NCBI RefSeq assembly: GCF_006345805.1
Contig: NC_043002.1
Span: forward strand, 14,322,001-14,386,000
Source of the DNA: Octopus sinensis
Lineage: Eukaryota
Direction: 5' to 3'
Length of the DNA: 64,000 bases
The notes under the pieces are model-generated. The model saw only the letters and a program-made list of their open reading frames with translations. It made no database searches and was not told where the DNA came from. A program made the position numbers and the translations under genes. Below, in pieces: positions 1-12,926 of this stretch (position 1 is the first letter of the stretch; the number at the start of each line of letters is the position of its first letter).

Positions 1-351
1 TTTAATTTTAACGAACAATATCTGTAAAATGTAAATATACGTACAAAATTATATTTAATAATTATAGTTTATTAGAATATAAATTGATTCAAATTTGCTT
101 TGTGTAATTTTCATTAAACAATAAATAATTAATGATAAATCTCAGAGCGAGTTATAAACATTTTCAATATCAGTATCAATCGATACTGGAAAAAGTATAT
201 GTATTTGTGAGGGGAACTGACTTCTCGTCGACAACTATGATTGTCACACGCCGATGATGGGTCAATACCCTGAAACTCGAGTCCGTGTGTATCATAAGTT
301 GAAGACGGGAAGGATGGCTTCCCTTCACAAATACTGATAGGGCACTGAAAG

Positions 352-420
352 TGTGTCTATAGCCAGCTGGAGGAGGTGTCTTCCTGGGGCTACAAACTAC
401 AGTAGCATCCATCCTTAGGG
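352..420. repeat. Unclassified dispersed repeat fragment (second copy at about 33763-33832)
   Basis: gtgtgtctatagccagctggaggaggtgtcttcctggggctacaaactacagtagcatc aligns by eye with ctgtgtcgatagccagctggaaatgatgtttcctggggctcaaacaatagtaacatc. Confidence 0.5.
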
Positions 421-1415
421 GTTAGCCATATTCAAATGGCAAATATACGTCACAATAAATAATTATTTCTACACCTAAAAGAATAGAATACTCTGATACT
501 AAGTATTAGGTAAAGAAATTTTAACTAGTAAATGAATTAAGTAACTTTGTATTGTGTCTCTCAAAGATCTGTGCATCCCTTCAGGTCATTATATGTAAAA
601 AATAAAATAATTTAAGGTATTGCTATTGAATGACCAAAAATTCATTCGAAATACATGAAATAAGAACTAAATAAGAAATGTATAACTTATTTCTATCATG
701 AAGTGTCTCAGTTGTAGTACTTCAAACCCTAAATCACTTGCGTAATTCTGTGACTATCATCTACACTAGCGTGTCCCTCACACAGAGTAGCACAAGATGA
801 AAATTGATATTTGCTCCAACCCACGCACAGTATATGGTTCGATTATTTTTCATTTTCGTTGAACAAACGTCGAGGTTCTAATACAAATATCCATGCAACA
901 TCTCAAAAGTTTAAAATCAAAATATGCGATATTTCTCTTCAGTTACCTTCGAAATGTTATGCTTGGGTTTGAAATTGACAGAAATTTGAAAAGAGGGAAT
1001 GAATTAACCTTGTAATTGAAACGTTTGATTATTTTCAATTGTATAATTCAGAACGTTATTGCATAACGTATGACGTCTTTTACGTATAATTCAGCTTGAC
1101 AAACTATTATTTAATTTACTTCAGTGTAACCCTCATTTGATGTTTATATAATATTAAGCAAAAAAGTATTTAACATTCTCACTAAATGAGATCTTTTTAG
1201 TCTATGAAAGATATGTGGTGTAATCAAAAATTTAGAAATACGAATTAATTTATTAAAAACATTAGCTATTACAATATTTGATCTATGAAATAATTGTTAG
1301 TTTATACAATTTAATTTGAACAACATTTTCTGATAGAAAATAAACTTTACAGAAAATAAACTGAAATTCCCTATTTATTGCTTCAGAAACAGATGACGTT
1401 TTGAAGAATTGATAT

Positions 1416-1524
1416 TTAACATTTCGGTTGTATAAAAGAAAAATAACAAAAAATCAGTATGTGCAAGACTGCCAAGACTGCCAAACACAAATCATTGAAT
1501 TTGTAAAGGAGAGATAAAGGACAC
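1416..1524 (-). CDS. Putative terminal coding exon of an unidentified membrane-protein gene (copy 1)
   Basis: Acceptor tacttttcAG at 1525-1526. Reads (R)CPLSLLYKFNDLCLAVLAVLHILIFCYFSFIQPKC* in phase with the upstream exon. AATAAA at 1374-1379. Splice signals are retained in the paralog at 11144. No homology search possible. Confidence 0.3.
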
Positions 1525-1582
1525 CTGAAAAGTATTTGGCACTAAACTAATCCAAAATATTGCATATAATTTATTTTCTTAC

Positions 1583-1675
1583 CTCTGGTAATATAAATGC
1601 AGATGAAGATGATTATTTCCCCAAATACAACAAAATATTGTTGTTATACTTATGATAACTCCAGCAGAACTTAGA
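1583..1675 (-). CDS. Putative penultimate exon (93 nt, phase 2/2) of the same gene
   Basis: Acceptor ttttttcAG and donor ccagag|GTAAGA. Open frame LSSAGVIISITTIFCCIWGNNHLHLHLYYQ(R). 58-nt intron at 1525-1582. Confidence 0.3.
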
Positions 1676-2404
1676 CTGAAAAAAATCCTAGAATTAAGTA
1701 ACTATTTTGATGATGATGCATTTTCACATTTCTTTAGTAAATGATTTTAACACTTGTTATTGATTTCTGTTCAGTTACATTTGTACAAAACAACTGCAAG
1801 TACATGAGAGTGCATTTTATTGCAATAAACTTTCATGGGTGTGCAGCAAATTTCTGATAATGAATCGTAAGAGGACAGAAGAAAATGGGAACTCTATAGA
1901 GGTGGTATATTCAATAAAATGGAAATTTTGAAAGTATGTATAACTAAAGTATTATGATCGCTTCTCCTTATGAATAAAAATCGATATACGTTGAAGGTAA
2001 GTGGTGGAAAACGTTGGAAGAAGTACGAAGTTCATCACTGTGACCATTGTTGAAGACAACAAAATATGTTTAGTTATTGAATTCGTTGCTTTAATACCAC
2101 AAACTTTTGTTGTCACGAAGAATTTTTCCAAATTTTGTTAATGGAGCGTTAACTCATTAGTGTAAAGTGGTTATTTGTGCTTCATATTTCATCGATATTG
2201 TATACTATAATATTGAAAATAAGCGCAAATCCAATCCAATTAGAAATATATGCATAACGTTCCTATCTTATGACTGTCATTTGTCTCTAAAGTAGATTAC
2301 AGTGCACAAAGTTTGATGGACACTTTAATTCATTGTACCTATACCTATACTTCATTATATATTTAAACACATACTTAGTATTTTCTGAAAACAAAACTAA
2401 TGCG

Positions 2405-2421
2405 TATGTATATATATAAAT

Positions 2422-2455
<34 letters not shown>

Positions 2456-2553
2456 ATATATACACACACACACATATATATATATAAATACACACACAAA
2501 CACACACACACATACACACACACAAACATACATACATATATATATATATATAC
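2405..2553. repeat. (TA)n/(CA)n compound microsatellite
   Basis: Direct sequence. Confidence 0.95.
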
Positions 2554-2554
2554 G

Positions 2555-2760
2555 CCATGAGATATCGCCAGCCACTATACGTTCTTTATTTTCTCTCCTT
2601 TTTTCTTTCCGTGTTCCTTACTATGGAAGGGCGTAGGCTCGAAACTTTCAAGAAATTTTGTCTTCCCGAGCGTTATACTAACACACCTGTTTGTTGTCTA
2701 CGCCAATGTCTTCGTTTTTTTTTTCTTTTGGGAATTCTTCCTATATATATATTCTTCCTA
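2555..2760 (+). mobile_element. Penelope-like terminal-repeat remnant with degenerate hammerhead motif (same family as 29485-29700)
   Basis: Aligns with 29485-29700 (ccatga.a.atcgc.agccacta ... cgtaggctcgaaac ... ttcccgagcgttatactaa). HHR-like ctatgga-a-gggc-gtag-gctc-gaaac at 2621-2645. Confidence 0.55.
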
Positions 2761-4984
2761 TTTATATGTATATATAATTACTGTATGTACATATATACAT
2801 GTATACATATACAGAGAAAGTGAGAGAAACAGAGTGAGAGAGAGAGACGGAAAGAAGAGAGAGAAAAAAACAGAGAGAGAGAGTGGGGTAATGGTATTTG
2901 ACCTACTGTTTAACCTATTTTGATATTCACCAACTTCTGGCAACACTAATAATATTAAAGTGTGAAAAGTTTTCAAATTTACAGTTTTAAATACATTGAT
3001 GATGATGAGAAGTCTAATAACTTGGAGTAAGGCATATTTCATCTGTTTGAGTAAAACCCTTACATTCTAGCTTATAACTCAGATCTTTTGATGTGAGTTC
3101 CTGTACATTACAGTGCTACGTGTGCACTTCCAATACACAGAATTTTGTTACTTCGCGCAACTGTGTCTTCGCTCCATCCCAATTATGTTTTTGTACCTGA
3201 CATATATCTATGGTGGACAATGTTGGTATTTATTGCACATGTTACAACTCCTTGTGAGCGCCTATATTTTGATTCAATGCCGCAAATATGTTGCCCTTCA
3301 CCCGGGAGATTAGTTGGCACAAAATGCCCCAACTTTCCTACGATTACATACTTCAAAAACATTCGTATAAAGGCATCAACAAACATATGTGATAATATTG
3401 TAAACATTATTCTGCCAATTAAAACCTTGTGCATTTCTAATATCGTTAAACTGCCTGAAATTTAATGCGAGAAAATCATTTAAATCCAAATGATAATCCC
3501 GTGAAAATTTCGCAGTAATCCTGTGATGCAGAGATTAAATTTGAAAAGTTATCTGTAATTATTTGATGCGGGGTAACATATTTTATTCAGAGTATTTCGC
3601 ATTAAGATCAATGGATTCCTTCTTTTCAATGGATTTACATATAAAATGAGTTTCTGTGTAAATTAACAAGAAAATAAAGAAATTGTTAGGAAATCATGGA
3701 AAATTTCAACGAGAAATTGAAGAGGCAACGCAATAATAATTCTAGGTTCGAACGAAAATATAGAAACGCTTAGTTATTAATATCTTGATGATAGAAATAC
3801 AGTAGTTTTTAAAGCTGTCGTCGACTGAAAGTTAAGACATCAACAAAACGAGAAGAATGACTTCAAAATGATTATAATAACTGCCCAATAAGTGTACATG
3901 TCCCGTGACACTATGGCATGTTTGCATGGGGCATGTAAGATGTAATTCTCAACTTTATCCTTATAGAATATTCGAGGACTTTCGGAATCTCTCTATATAT
4001 AAACAGCATAATGTCTGTGTGTGTCCTTTATACAAATCCCCAATTTTTCATTTAGAGGGCTCGCACTTTCTATGGTCATTCAAAACCTCGCCTCGCAAAG
4101 CCATTAAAGAATCAATAGAAGTGACTTTTTTGTGAATCTTCTATCCGAAACCCAATCAAAATGCCTGAAACTTGATACGCCAATTGGATGCCAGCTAGCT
4201 GTATGAGATTGGTTGGAGAATTGGACAGTACTCGTGTGTATGTGCGCACGCACGCAACTGTATATGCATGCACTAGCAGTACTTTTCTACACAAGATTTG
4301 AAATGTTGTAGATTATTCATCCAACAGGTGTTCCTTTTGGCGGAATTCGCATTCTCAGCGTAAAGCCAGGAGAAAGTATTTTGTCCAAGTGTAAACGATT
4401 ATACTAGCTCGCCGGCTCAACCTCAGTTATAGTAATTTATTTCCTGTATGTTTCATATAACAGCACTGCAATTATGGTACGAAATATTTCATTGCGATCG
4501 ACTGGTTTCTCAGTTAACAAGTAAAACGTTAAAGATCGATATAGCTAGTCATTGGATCGTAATGATGAAAGTGTAACTCTATTTTATTAAGTACAAGAGC
4601 AGAAATATGGAAAATGCAAGCTTGTAACATAGCAGAGGTCATATCTGCATTTGAAAGAATTTTTCGTATTACCAAATGGCATGTGTATTTAAAGAATGTT
4701 AATTGAAATACAGTAAATGTTTTTACTCCACAGCCATATGCAATAAATAAATGGAATAAACAGACTATACGATACCTATACAAAAAAATAGAAGCGTTCG
4801 GCGAATTGTAATTACTGCAATTATAGCAAACAGCAAATCTATTTATTATTTGCCACCAAATGAGAAATGGTTAATTAGCAATATTGTACAAATGTGTATT
4901 ATAAAAATTAAGAATGTATACGTAAATTCGGCGTGTAGATATATTGGCGCCGAAATTGTTAATTGAAAATCTGAAAAAATATAA

Positions 4985-5384
4985 AGTAATCTTTTTATGC
5001 AATATACTGCATTCATATTATTATAGTTATTATTCAGTAGTTTTATTTTTATCGCGTGTTTTCACTTCACTACTGAGCGCAGCTCTGTGTGCCTCGGTTA
5101 TGTGCAGTGGTTTGCTGTGATGCTCTTATGGTTACTGTATTGAAAGTGTTTTGCGTAGGATGTGTGCAGTGCCCAGTAGTGCAATTTTTTGTATGTTATA
5201 TATATTTTTAAGTCCTGGTGTTTTTTGTTATGTATTTGTCTGAATATTTTTTTATCAAACCTAATGCGCCTACTATAATGGGAATTATTTCTGATTTTAG
5301 ATTCCACATTCGAGTTACCTCTATTTCAGGTCTTTGTATTTTGAAAGTTTCTCCATTTCTTTTAGAGAAACGTCATCTGCTGAT
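4985..5384 (-). mobile_element. R4/Dong-clade non-LTR retrotransposon, 5'-truncated 3' end
   Basis: Minus strand reads KEMEKLSKYKDLEIEVTRMWNLKSEIIPIIVGALGLIKK, then frameshifted ...IQKIALLGTAHILRKTLS. This parallels the C-terminus of the 62221-63684 ORF (KYKDLLIEIEKMWHLKAVTIPVIVGALGMIKK). Confidence 0.85.
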
Positions 5385-5429
5385 ATTATTATTATTATTA
5401 TTATTATTATCCTCCTCCTCCTCCTCCTC

Positions 5430-5510
<81 letters not shown>

Positions 5511-5524
5511 GTTGCTGTTGTTGT
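5385..5524. repeat. Compound (TTA)n(TCC)n(TTC)n(TTA)n(TTG)n microsatellite
   Basis: Direct sequence; lies between two Dong-type fragments. Confidence 0.95.
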
Positions 5525-7230
5525 TGAGTGAGAGCGCAGCGCATGATATTAAAATATTTGTTTGTGGTTTAAAACGATGGTTGTTATCCACGAATTCATG
5601 ATTACTTTTAAGAAGTTCACAATTGTTGGCGCTATCTTGTAAATTTCCAGGGCATTGATGATCCATGCATGGGGGATACTGACAAAAGCCTTCTTGTAAT
5701 TAATCCAAGCCGTGTTAAGGTTTCTGCGTTTGGATTTACAATTTTCAATGGCCATTCTGTCAACCAGTAATTGGTTCTTATATCCATATGAAGTACTCTT
5801 ACATCTCTTTTGTTCCATTTGGAATAACTTCCTATTTTCCAAGAATTCACATGTTCTATTCCCTCTTATAGATGTTAATAGTTTATACATGGTGGTGAGG
5901 CATGTTATGGGCCAGTATGTTAGGGGTTAGTAGTTTCTTCTGCAAGCAACTTTGGGGCGTTCGCAGGGTTGTGCATGACTATATTGAGTGCGACGGTTAC
6001 ATTGTGGTCTAGGCTTATTAAAGGGTTTAGCCAAAAATCTGGAATGTTATCTATACTTAGCGAGCGCCGCTTTTACTTCTTTAGTTGTTATATCTCACTA
6101 TTCTTGATATTGGAGGCGGGCATTGGTCTCTTCTGTGTCCCTGACCCAATGGGCATTCTGATTCAACTCCTTTGGATTACTCCAAAAGTTTTCCAAAAAG
6201 TCTTCCGTTTGCTGCTGGGGAGGGTGTGTTTTCACAATAATGGTATTTTCCCTCAGTTCCCGGGAGAATTTTCTGTGCCCTGCTTCGATAGTATGTCTTG
6301 TGTGTGGAATGCTGAGAATTTGTTGTATCTTGTCAGTCGTTTGGTTTTTAATTCTAATTTTTTTTAATGATTTCAATCTGTGCTTCCTTCGCTTTCTTGT
6401 AAATTATTCTTATTAACTTGTTCGGTTTATTAGTTTTTCCTTTGCTTGCTTTAAGTAGAAAAAATATAGTATTAATAATTTTGGCAAGGGCTGCGCTTTC
6501 GTGGAAAGGTTGATTTACTTGTATTAGATATTGTTCTAGTATTCCATGAAACAGTTCATAGCTAACGTGATCATTTATAGTGTTTTTAGTATCAGCTGAT
6601 GGTCCACCTTTTTAGGCTTTCGTGTACCCAGTTTGCTGGTTTGAATTAGTGATTTCAGAGCTTTTTGCCGATGGGTATAAGTGAGTGTGTGTTATACTCA
6701 GCTGCCTCGTGACTGATCTCATTATTTTCTCAATTTCGGTATCAGTTAGTCTTTTACTAATTACATCTCCCAGCTCCTAGTTTATCACTGTCCATGTACC
6801 GCCTGCTATGCGGTTTTTGCACTTCCAGATTATGTAAGTCTCTTTTTGCGTGGCTGATGTTTCGGGGTTTAGTTTTGAATAACAATAAGCCTTCATTAAG
6901 TTCGATATATTCCTCCTTTGTCCATTTCTACCCTGTATTTCTATTTCTTTGAGATAGGTTTGGTAGTTGATCCTGGGCGTCACTTTCGGGAATATTCCAG
7001 GTTTGATTTGCAACAGGTCCTTGTGGAGGTTGGTTCTGATTTAAAGACTTTTCGCGTTCAGTGCCAGAATCGAAGGTCATTAATGAACGGTTATTTTGAA
7101 CGGCACGGGTTCCAGGGGTTATTTCCATGGTTGGAATCCAGGGCCGTATTATAAGTGCACAGGGTTAACCATTGCCTAGTTCCTTGGGTGAAGTTCAGAC
7201 GTCCCAGATATCATCCAGGGGAGGGGGGAA
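5525..7230 (-). mobile_element. R4/Dong-clade element, 5' part plus RT start, degraded and internally deleted
   Basis: ORF pieces 6777-7013, 6098-6376 and 5549-5890. The last carries RT motifs (YKLLTSI...EQK...YGYKNQLLVDR...AWINYKKAFVSIPHAWI). It then jumps to a ~20-bp terminus (gagtgagagcgcagcgcatg) resembling 43125 onward. Confidence 0.8.
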
Positions 7231-10200
7231 TTTGTTTTGAAAAGTTTTAAATTAGTTCATATCATGACCTGCGGCCTGGAAGGTGTTAAATGGCAGAACT
7301 TATATAGCATCGTAGAAAGAGGCAGATAATGAAATAACAGCTTGAGAGAGACAGAGACAAAGAAATGAAAGACAGAGCCACAATGCATTACCTCCGAGCT
7401 ATTACCAGTAAGGTGTTAATGGTGATGGTGGCAGCGGTGGTAGGAGTGGTAATGGGATCGTATATATTCTGTCAGAACGATGTAAACGCTGTCGCATGTG
7501 TATGTTTGTCTCCAGACAAATTCTTATTATCATTGATATTATTAGCAGCAGTAGTAGTGTGATCAGGAAGCAAAAGAAGTCTCTGTGCACAACTTACATC
7601 CGCTTTTCATCTCACCCAACGTCGGATTAATCCAACGACAGACCTGGTGTACTTCATATCAATAATTGGAACTCTCCGGGAGAATAAAAACCATAACCAT
7701 TACTTACATTGTCCAACTGATCTTTTATCGATCGCTTCTGTTCTAAACTACCGTACCATTCAATCCTACTGGCATGTTGCGTCAATGTTTAAATATATTG
7801 ATATCATAATCTCACCAGTTGTTTACATGATTATATTATTTTCTAATACATAAAGTGAGACTGCCATTGACAAGTTCATAGCGAGCTCCGGGAATATTCA
7901 GAAGCAAAATAATAAATGATTGATTTAATTTATATTTCTTGCGTGGTTTTAAAAGATAAAATGTGTCTTATACGACGTAAACGGAAATGTTTTGATTTCA
8001 ACACGCAGTCCCAGACTTCATCTTTGCCAGACTACTACACCTCCGATATAAATATATGTATATATATATATATATATATAATTATTTGAGGGAATATTAA
8101 GCCTAACTTACAGGGAAAAAATTCAATTTAGAGATACTTAATCAAATTTCACACAATATATATATGTATTAGAAAAAACACCTTTTATCAATTCAAAATG
8201 CACAATTAAATTACACCATCTAGAAATTACATATAACAGAAACATTAAAATTAAGATAACAATAAAATACCGATGATTGAGTAAATTGCAAAAAAATCAA
8301 AACGTATATAATTGGTAGAATAACGAAACGTGTTTTGTATGCATGTATATATACATACATATATATATCAAACATAAATTAAAAACAGAACACAAAGGAT
8401 ATCGCGGTACACTGTTTCAACATTCCGTTATTACATCAGTGTATTAATGATATAAAATGTGGTTAAAAGCTCTCCTCAGCCGCAAACATTGTTAGTCCAA
8501 AGATTACATCACAATATAAAAAATATAAAAAGTACAGGTAATATTACCCATTCTAATATGTTTATCATATCTCCGTGAAAAAGTATATTTGTATAATTTC
8601 CTAAATGTATAAATGTATAAGGAATCATTGGATTTCGAAAATTTGCCCATACTGTATCATCAATCAGCATAGAGTCAGGGGCTTACCTTACACTTATCAA
8701 GTATTCACTCTAAATTTACAGTACCTACTATATATATATATATATATATGAATTGTTTTGAAGAACTGATACTACAAGGTCTGAAATAGAATTTTTGACA
8801 AAATACGTAAAACAAACAATTGTATAAAAAGTCTACGCGACGAAAAATTTCGATTGCGTCATCACTTCATATTATGTATTAACAATTGAGATCAGTCGTG
8901 TCATGAAGCAGGGGAAAAGATCTTATAAATACAATACTAGTAATTAAAATGGAAATCGATTCAAACATTTTCCCATTTAACAACAAATATGCATTTCTAA
9001 ATTAAAAAAAGAAACAACTACACTTCATACCCAAAAGAAAGACCTCCCATCACCTAAACCAAATTGTGTGCAATTCCGAATGCATCCTATTTAATATAAC
9101 TGTCAATTTTGTGTCTCAGAGCTCTATTTACCCCTTCGAATCAATGTGTGAATATAATGAAACTTAAGATTTTAATATTTAAATAACGATTTTAGATGAA
9201 ATCGTTTTACATTTGTGAGATTATAATTTGTATCTGTTGTTAAGTTTGTCCAAATCCAATAGCTTTCTTGCCAGACGAGATGGTTATATACGCAGTTATA
9301 AATCTGACCTATATTATTTTTTTGATTATTAAATCCACGATATTCTTCCATATTCTGTGTGGTCTTCAAATTTTCCTATTTCGTTATTAAACTCTCTTCT
9401 GAATTGTGCATATATGATCCGCTATGCTTTCAATAGCGAGTATTATCAGCAGGATATTTGGTTATGAAATTAGAAACGTCGAATTTACATTGGAATTTAT
9501 ATTCTTGTCAGTGATATTTCTAAGCATAGCGAAGTTTGATTTTACAACGTACAACTGAAATGATGCATTGTGTTCTTCACATTGTAATACATTGGATTAT
9601 TAATGCTCTGTGTCAAATACTGTATCATAAGTAGCGCCATTATTTGTAATACGAGTATTAAATAAAGCAATACGATTTTATATTTGCATTTCACTTGCTT
9701 ACCTCATTTAAGTGTATTAATTTTGAGTTTTTATTCCCAGTATGTTTTTAAGATATGCAATGAATTATATTTCACATATATAGACATTTATTTACGACTG
9801 TGACATCAAAATTCTTGCTTCCGTCTGGGTAAATGTTTATTTGAAGTAAAACAAAGAATAATAAACATCAACTAAGAATTTAATATCTACTATACAACTC
9901 AGGTAAAATTTGTAAAGGCTAAGTTGCGGGACTCCAGATCCTACATTTGCGATCTTCTGTCATTGTGTTCTCACCAGTTTTTCCTTTACACAGCATATTA
10001 CAAGAAAAAAAATGATGGCTATCCCCTATCCCACCTCAATAGTATGATTATGTTTTGTTTTATTGAATCAAACATGCAATCCTCATTTCTATGGTGACTC
10101 ATAACCCCAGCGAGATTTTGAAACAATCTATGTCTTAAGTAGGAAAATGATTGAAATTCCAAAAAGAAAATATTTCCCTATGTTATTAAAAAAAATAATG

Positions 10201-10428
10201 ACTTTCTAGTACATTATTCAGTTTGACTGCTTAACGTAAGAGAGGATTTCACATGGAATTAGGTAACTCGATTTAATTGTTTTTTTCTTAATTCCGTGAC
10301 TTAGGTAATAAACTGTATAAGAGATCCATTATTTCAATGTTATTCTGTAATAATTATAAACTTTTGTGGGAAAGTGAGGGAATATACATAGACAGGAATA
10401 TAATAAACAATTATGAATTATCAAATGA

Positions 10429-10845
10429 GGATCTTTTCTATTTGAACGGCAGTTTTTAACATAATTTCTAGGTAACTAAAAATTTTTAAACTACGTATAC
10501 TGGTAGAATGTGTTTATAAAACATCTTTTTCTCTTGGGTTTATTGAGAAAATTCTATAGTTTGTAAGATACTTTTTTTCTTTTTCTTCAATTTCTGCAAT
10601 TTCAACCAATCAATGATGTCTATTGAGTTAAATAACATTCTGTGCCGTATGATTATGTCCCTCGTTTATGAAACAGATTGGGTTTATTTACATTTGTGAA
10701 GAAAAAAAGCTACCCCCACCATTAACCCTAACCCTAACCCTAAAACAGATTGAAATGTAATAGATCGATACTAGGGTCATAATTATGGGTAACAATTTCA
10801 TATGACACCGCTACAAAAAAACTGCCGTTCAAACTGAGAAGATCC
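10429..10845 (+). mobile_element. MITE with GG...CC termini, ~30-bp TIRs, 8-bp TSD and internal (CCCTAA)3; Merlin-like
   Basis: TIRs ggatcttttctatttgaacggcagttttt / aaaaaactgccgttcaaactgagaagatcc. TSD tcaaatga (10421-10428) / ccaaatga (10846-10853). Confidence 0.9.
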
Positions 10846-10988
10846 CCAAATGAAAAATAGATTTTATAAAAGAGAACACTCAACTACGTTACTTGATCTA
10901 CCCGTGTATTTTTAGTTTAAAATGTTATATTACGGGGATACAATAATTTTCTGATACGTGAAAGGGTTTCTGATAAAAATCACTGTTA

Positions 10989-11290
10989 TTTATTTCATAA
11001 CCATATGACAATTTTAAACATTGATATCTATATTTTGGTTGATATAAAGAAGAAATAACATAATATACAATATGTTGAAAACTGCCAAACCTGCCAAACT
11101 TGCCAAAAGTAGTCATTGAATTTCTATAACAGAAAAAAGTGCATCTGAAAAATATTTGGCACTAAACAGATCCAAACTATTTGATATTATTTATTTTCTT
11201 ACCTCTGGTGTTATGAATACAGATAAAGAAAAATATATTCCCAAACTACAAGATAATATCGTTTTCGTACGCCAGATATCTGCAACGAAA
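10989..11290 (-). pseudogene. Paralog (copy 2) of the two-exon unit at 1416-1675; no continuous frame
   Basis: Same donor ccagag|GTAAGAAAATAAAT, identical-length 58-nt intron (11145-11202), acceptor tattttttcAG, AATAAA at 10989-10994. The frame equivalent to copy 1 has a TAA in the upstream exon and internal indels. Confidence 0.3.
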
Positions 11291-12372
11291 CTATAGAGAA
11301 AAATCACAGAGTTTAATAACTATCTTGCTATTGCTACATTTTTACATTTCTTTATTGATATTTCTTTTGGAAAAAACTTTCTGTTCAATTATATTCGTAC
11401 CAAGCAACTGTAAGTAAATGTCAGCAACAATATACTCCACAAGAACATGATTTGCATGCATCTTATTTTAATGTCCTATGAATTATGGCTCTGTATCGTA
11501 GAAAGAAAATCGAAATGTATATTAAAGAGAGCTGATGTTTATACAGGATACTGTAAGCTTTTAAAAATTTTCACATGTACTTAAAATATCGCGATTGATT
11601 TTGATTATAGAAAAAACCATTACTTTCGATTAGGGAAGTGGAGCAAAGCACCCACAGAAGATAATGTAGTGTTTATCAGGAGCCGAGTAGTGATAAACGT
11701 ATTGTATCAACATTGAAGAAAATTAAATTTATTTTGTTATTGAATTCGTAGCTTTACTGTCTCTCTGAAAGCATTCTTTGTAGTTCATAATTTTACCAGG
11801 ATGTGTTGCACATTATCTAGCTATAGCAAATAGGTTATTGTTGGTTCTTATTTGATCATTGTTATATGATATAAAATTGCACTTGAACACAATGGAATTT
11901 GAGTTCCAAATATAGGTATTCATCTTCATCATACTTTCATCTTATGCATAAGTGTGCACATTTTGTTAGATGATATAGAATATTACATCTACACCGGTAT
12001 TTAATTATTTATTTAATAACCATCAGAAGAATTATAAATAGTTCCCTAGCGAGGTTGAAACACAAATGTTAAAGAGATATGAGTATATATAAAATTATGT
12101 TTCCCAGTGTTTAAACTAATTTGACATCCGCCAACTACTTGTAAGAGTAATTACATATCAATGTTTCAATGTTTGTACCATTTACAGGTTTGAAATACTC
12201 GCGAGAAATACTATTCTATAATGAAGAGACAAGGAATAGAGTGAGAAACATGAAATCGCATGCATATAAAGATGATGCAAATGGTGAAAGACTGGAAACA
12301 TTCTAAGTGATACTAATAAACGAAGAAATCACTTCTTACTATCATATTTGTATTTATTTCCGTTAGCATTGT

Positions 12373-12800
12373 ATTCAACGTTGCCTGAAATAAGCGGAAA
12401 CGTCGTCCGTTGAATGAAACAAATGTTTCTCAGTTCAGTGATTTTGTCAGTTGGGCTAAAGCATCTTTCATCACTTGGTCTAAGGAAACTTTCAGCATCA
12501 TAGAATATGGTCCGCTATATTATGCAAATAGGTTGAATCGACTTCTTACATATAATTGTACAATTTGTCGATTTACAATGGACAGAAATATTGCTGGTCT
12601 GCATTTTTATTGTTTTTGCATCGACGACATATTTGCACTGTTCGATAAAACCCCTATGCTGACATTGTTTTTATAGATCTTTAGAATCTTATGTGACTTT
12701 CAAAACAATTTAGAACAGTGTCAACAGGAGGAAGATTACCATGTCACCACGAGAACATAGGTCCAACTTTTATCTGTCCCACTGTCCCACTTTTATCAAA
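12373..12800 (+). mobile_element. Degenerate Penelope-like RT fragment preceded by a partial hammerhead motif
   Basis: GPLYYAN and FYCFCIDDIFALF resemble Penelope RT motifs (GSPL..AN; Y.RYVDDIF). attcaacg...GAAAC-gtc-GTC-cgttgaat at 12373-12415. Confidence 0.5.
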
Positions 12801-12926
12801 TCACTTCTCATCGCAACAATATCTGAGTAAAAAAACAAACATTCGCAAACATATAAACAAAAGTTAAATGCAATAGTTCACAGAAAAAAAAAAATTCCTG
12901 ACTTTCAGAATCCATTTCAATATTTC

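Noticed and set aside
3145-3465. 106-aa ORF containing VFVPDIYLW, reminiscent of the Cys-loop WxPDI motif
   Set aside because: Non-ATG start, no Cys-loop signature, opposite strand to the candidate exons, and no splice or paralog support.
8403-8445. Minus-strand CTGATGT...AAC/GTT-GAAAC-agt-GTA hammerhead-like string
   Set aside because: A9 is altered and stem I does not pair; possibly a decayed Penelope end but too weak to list.
9172-9369. Minus-strand ORF with WQESYWIW (WxDxxLxW-like) and two NLT sequons
   Set aside because: A short chance-level motif; I could not link it by splice phase to the candidate exons or find it in the duplicated copy.
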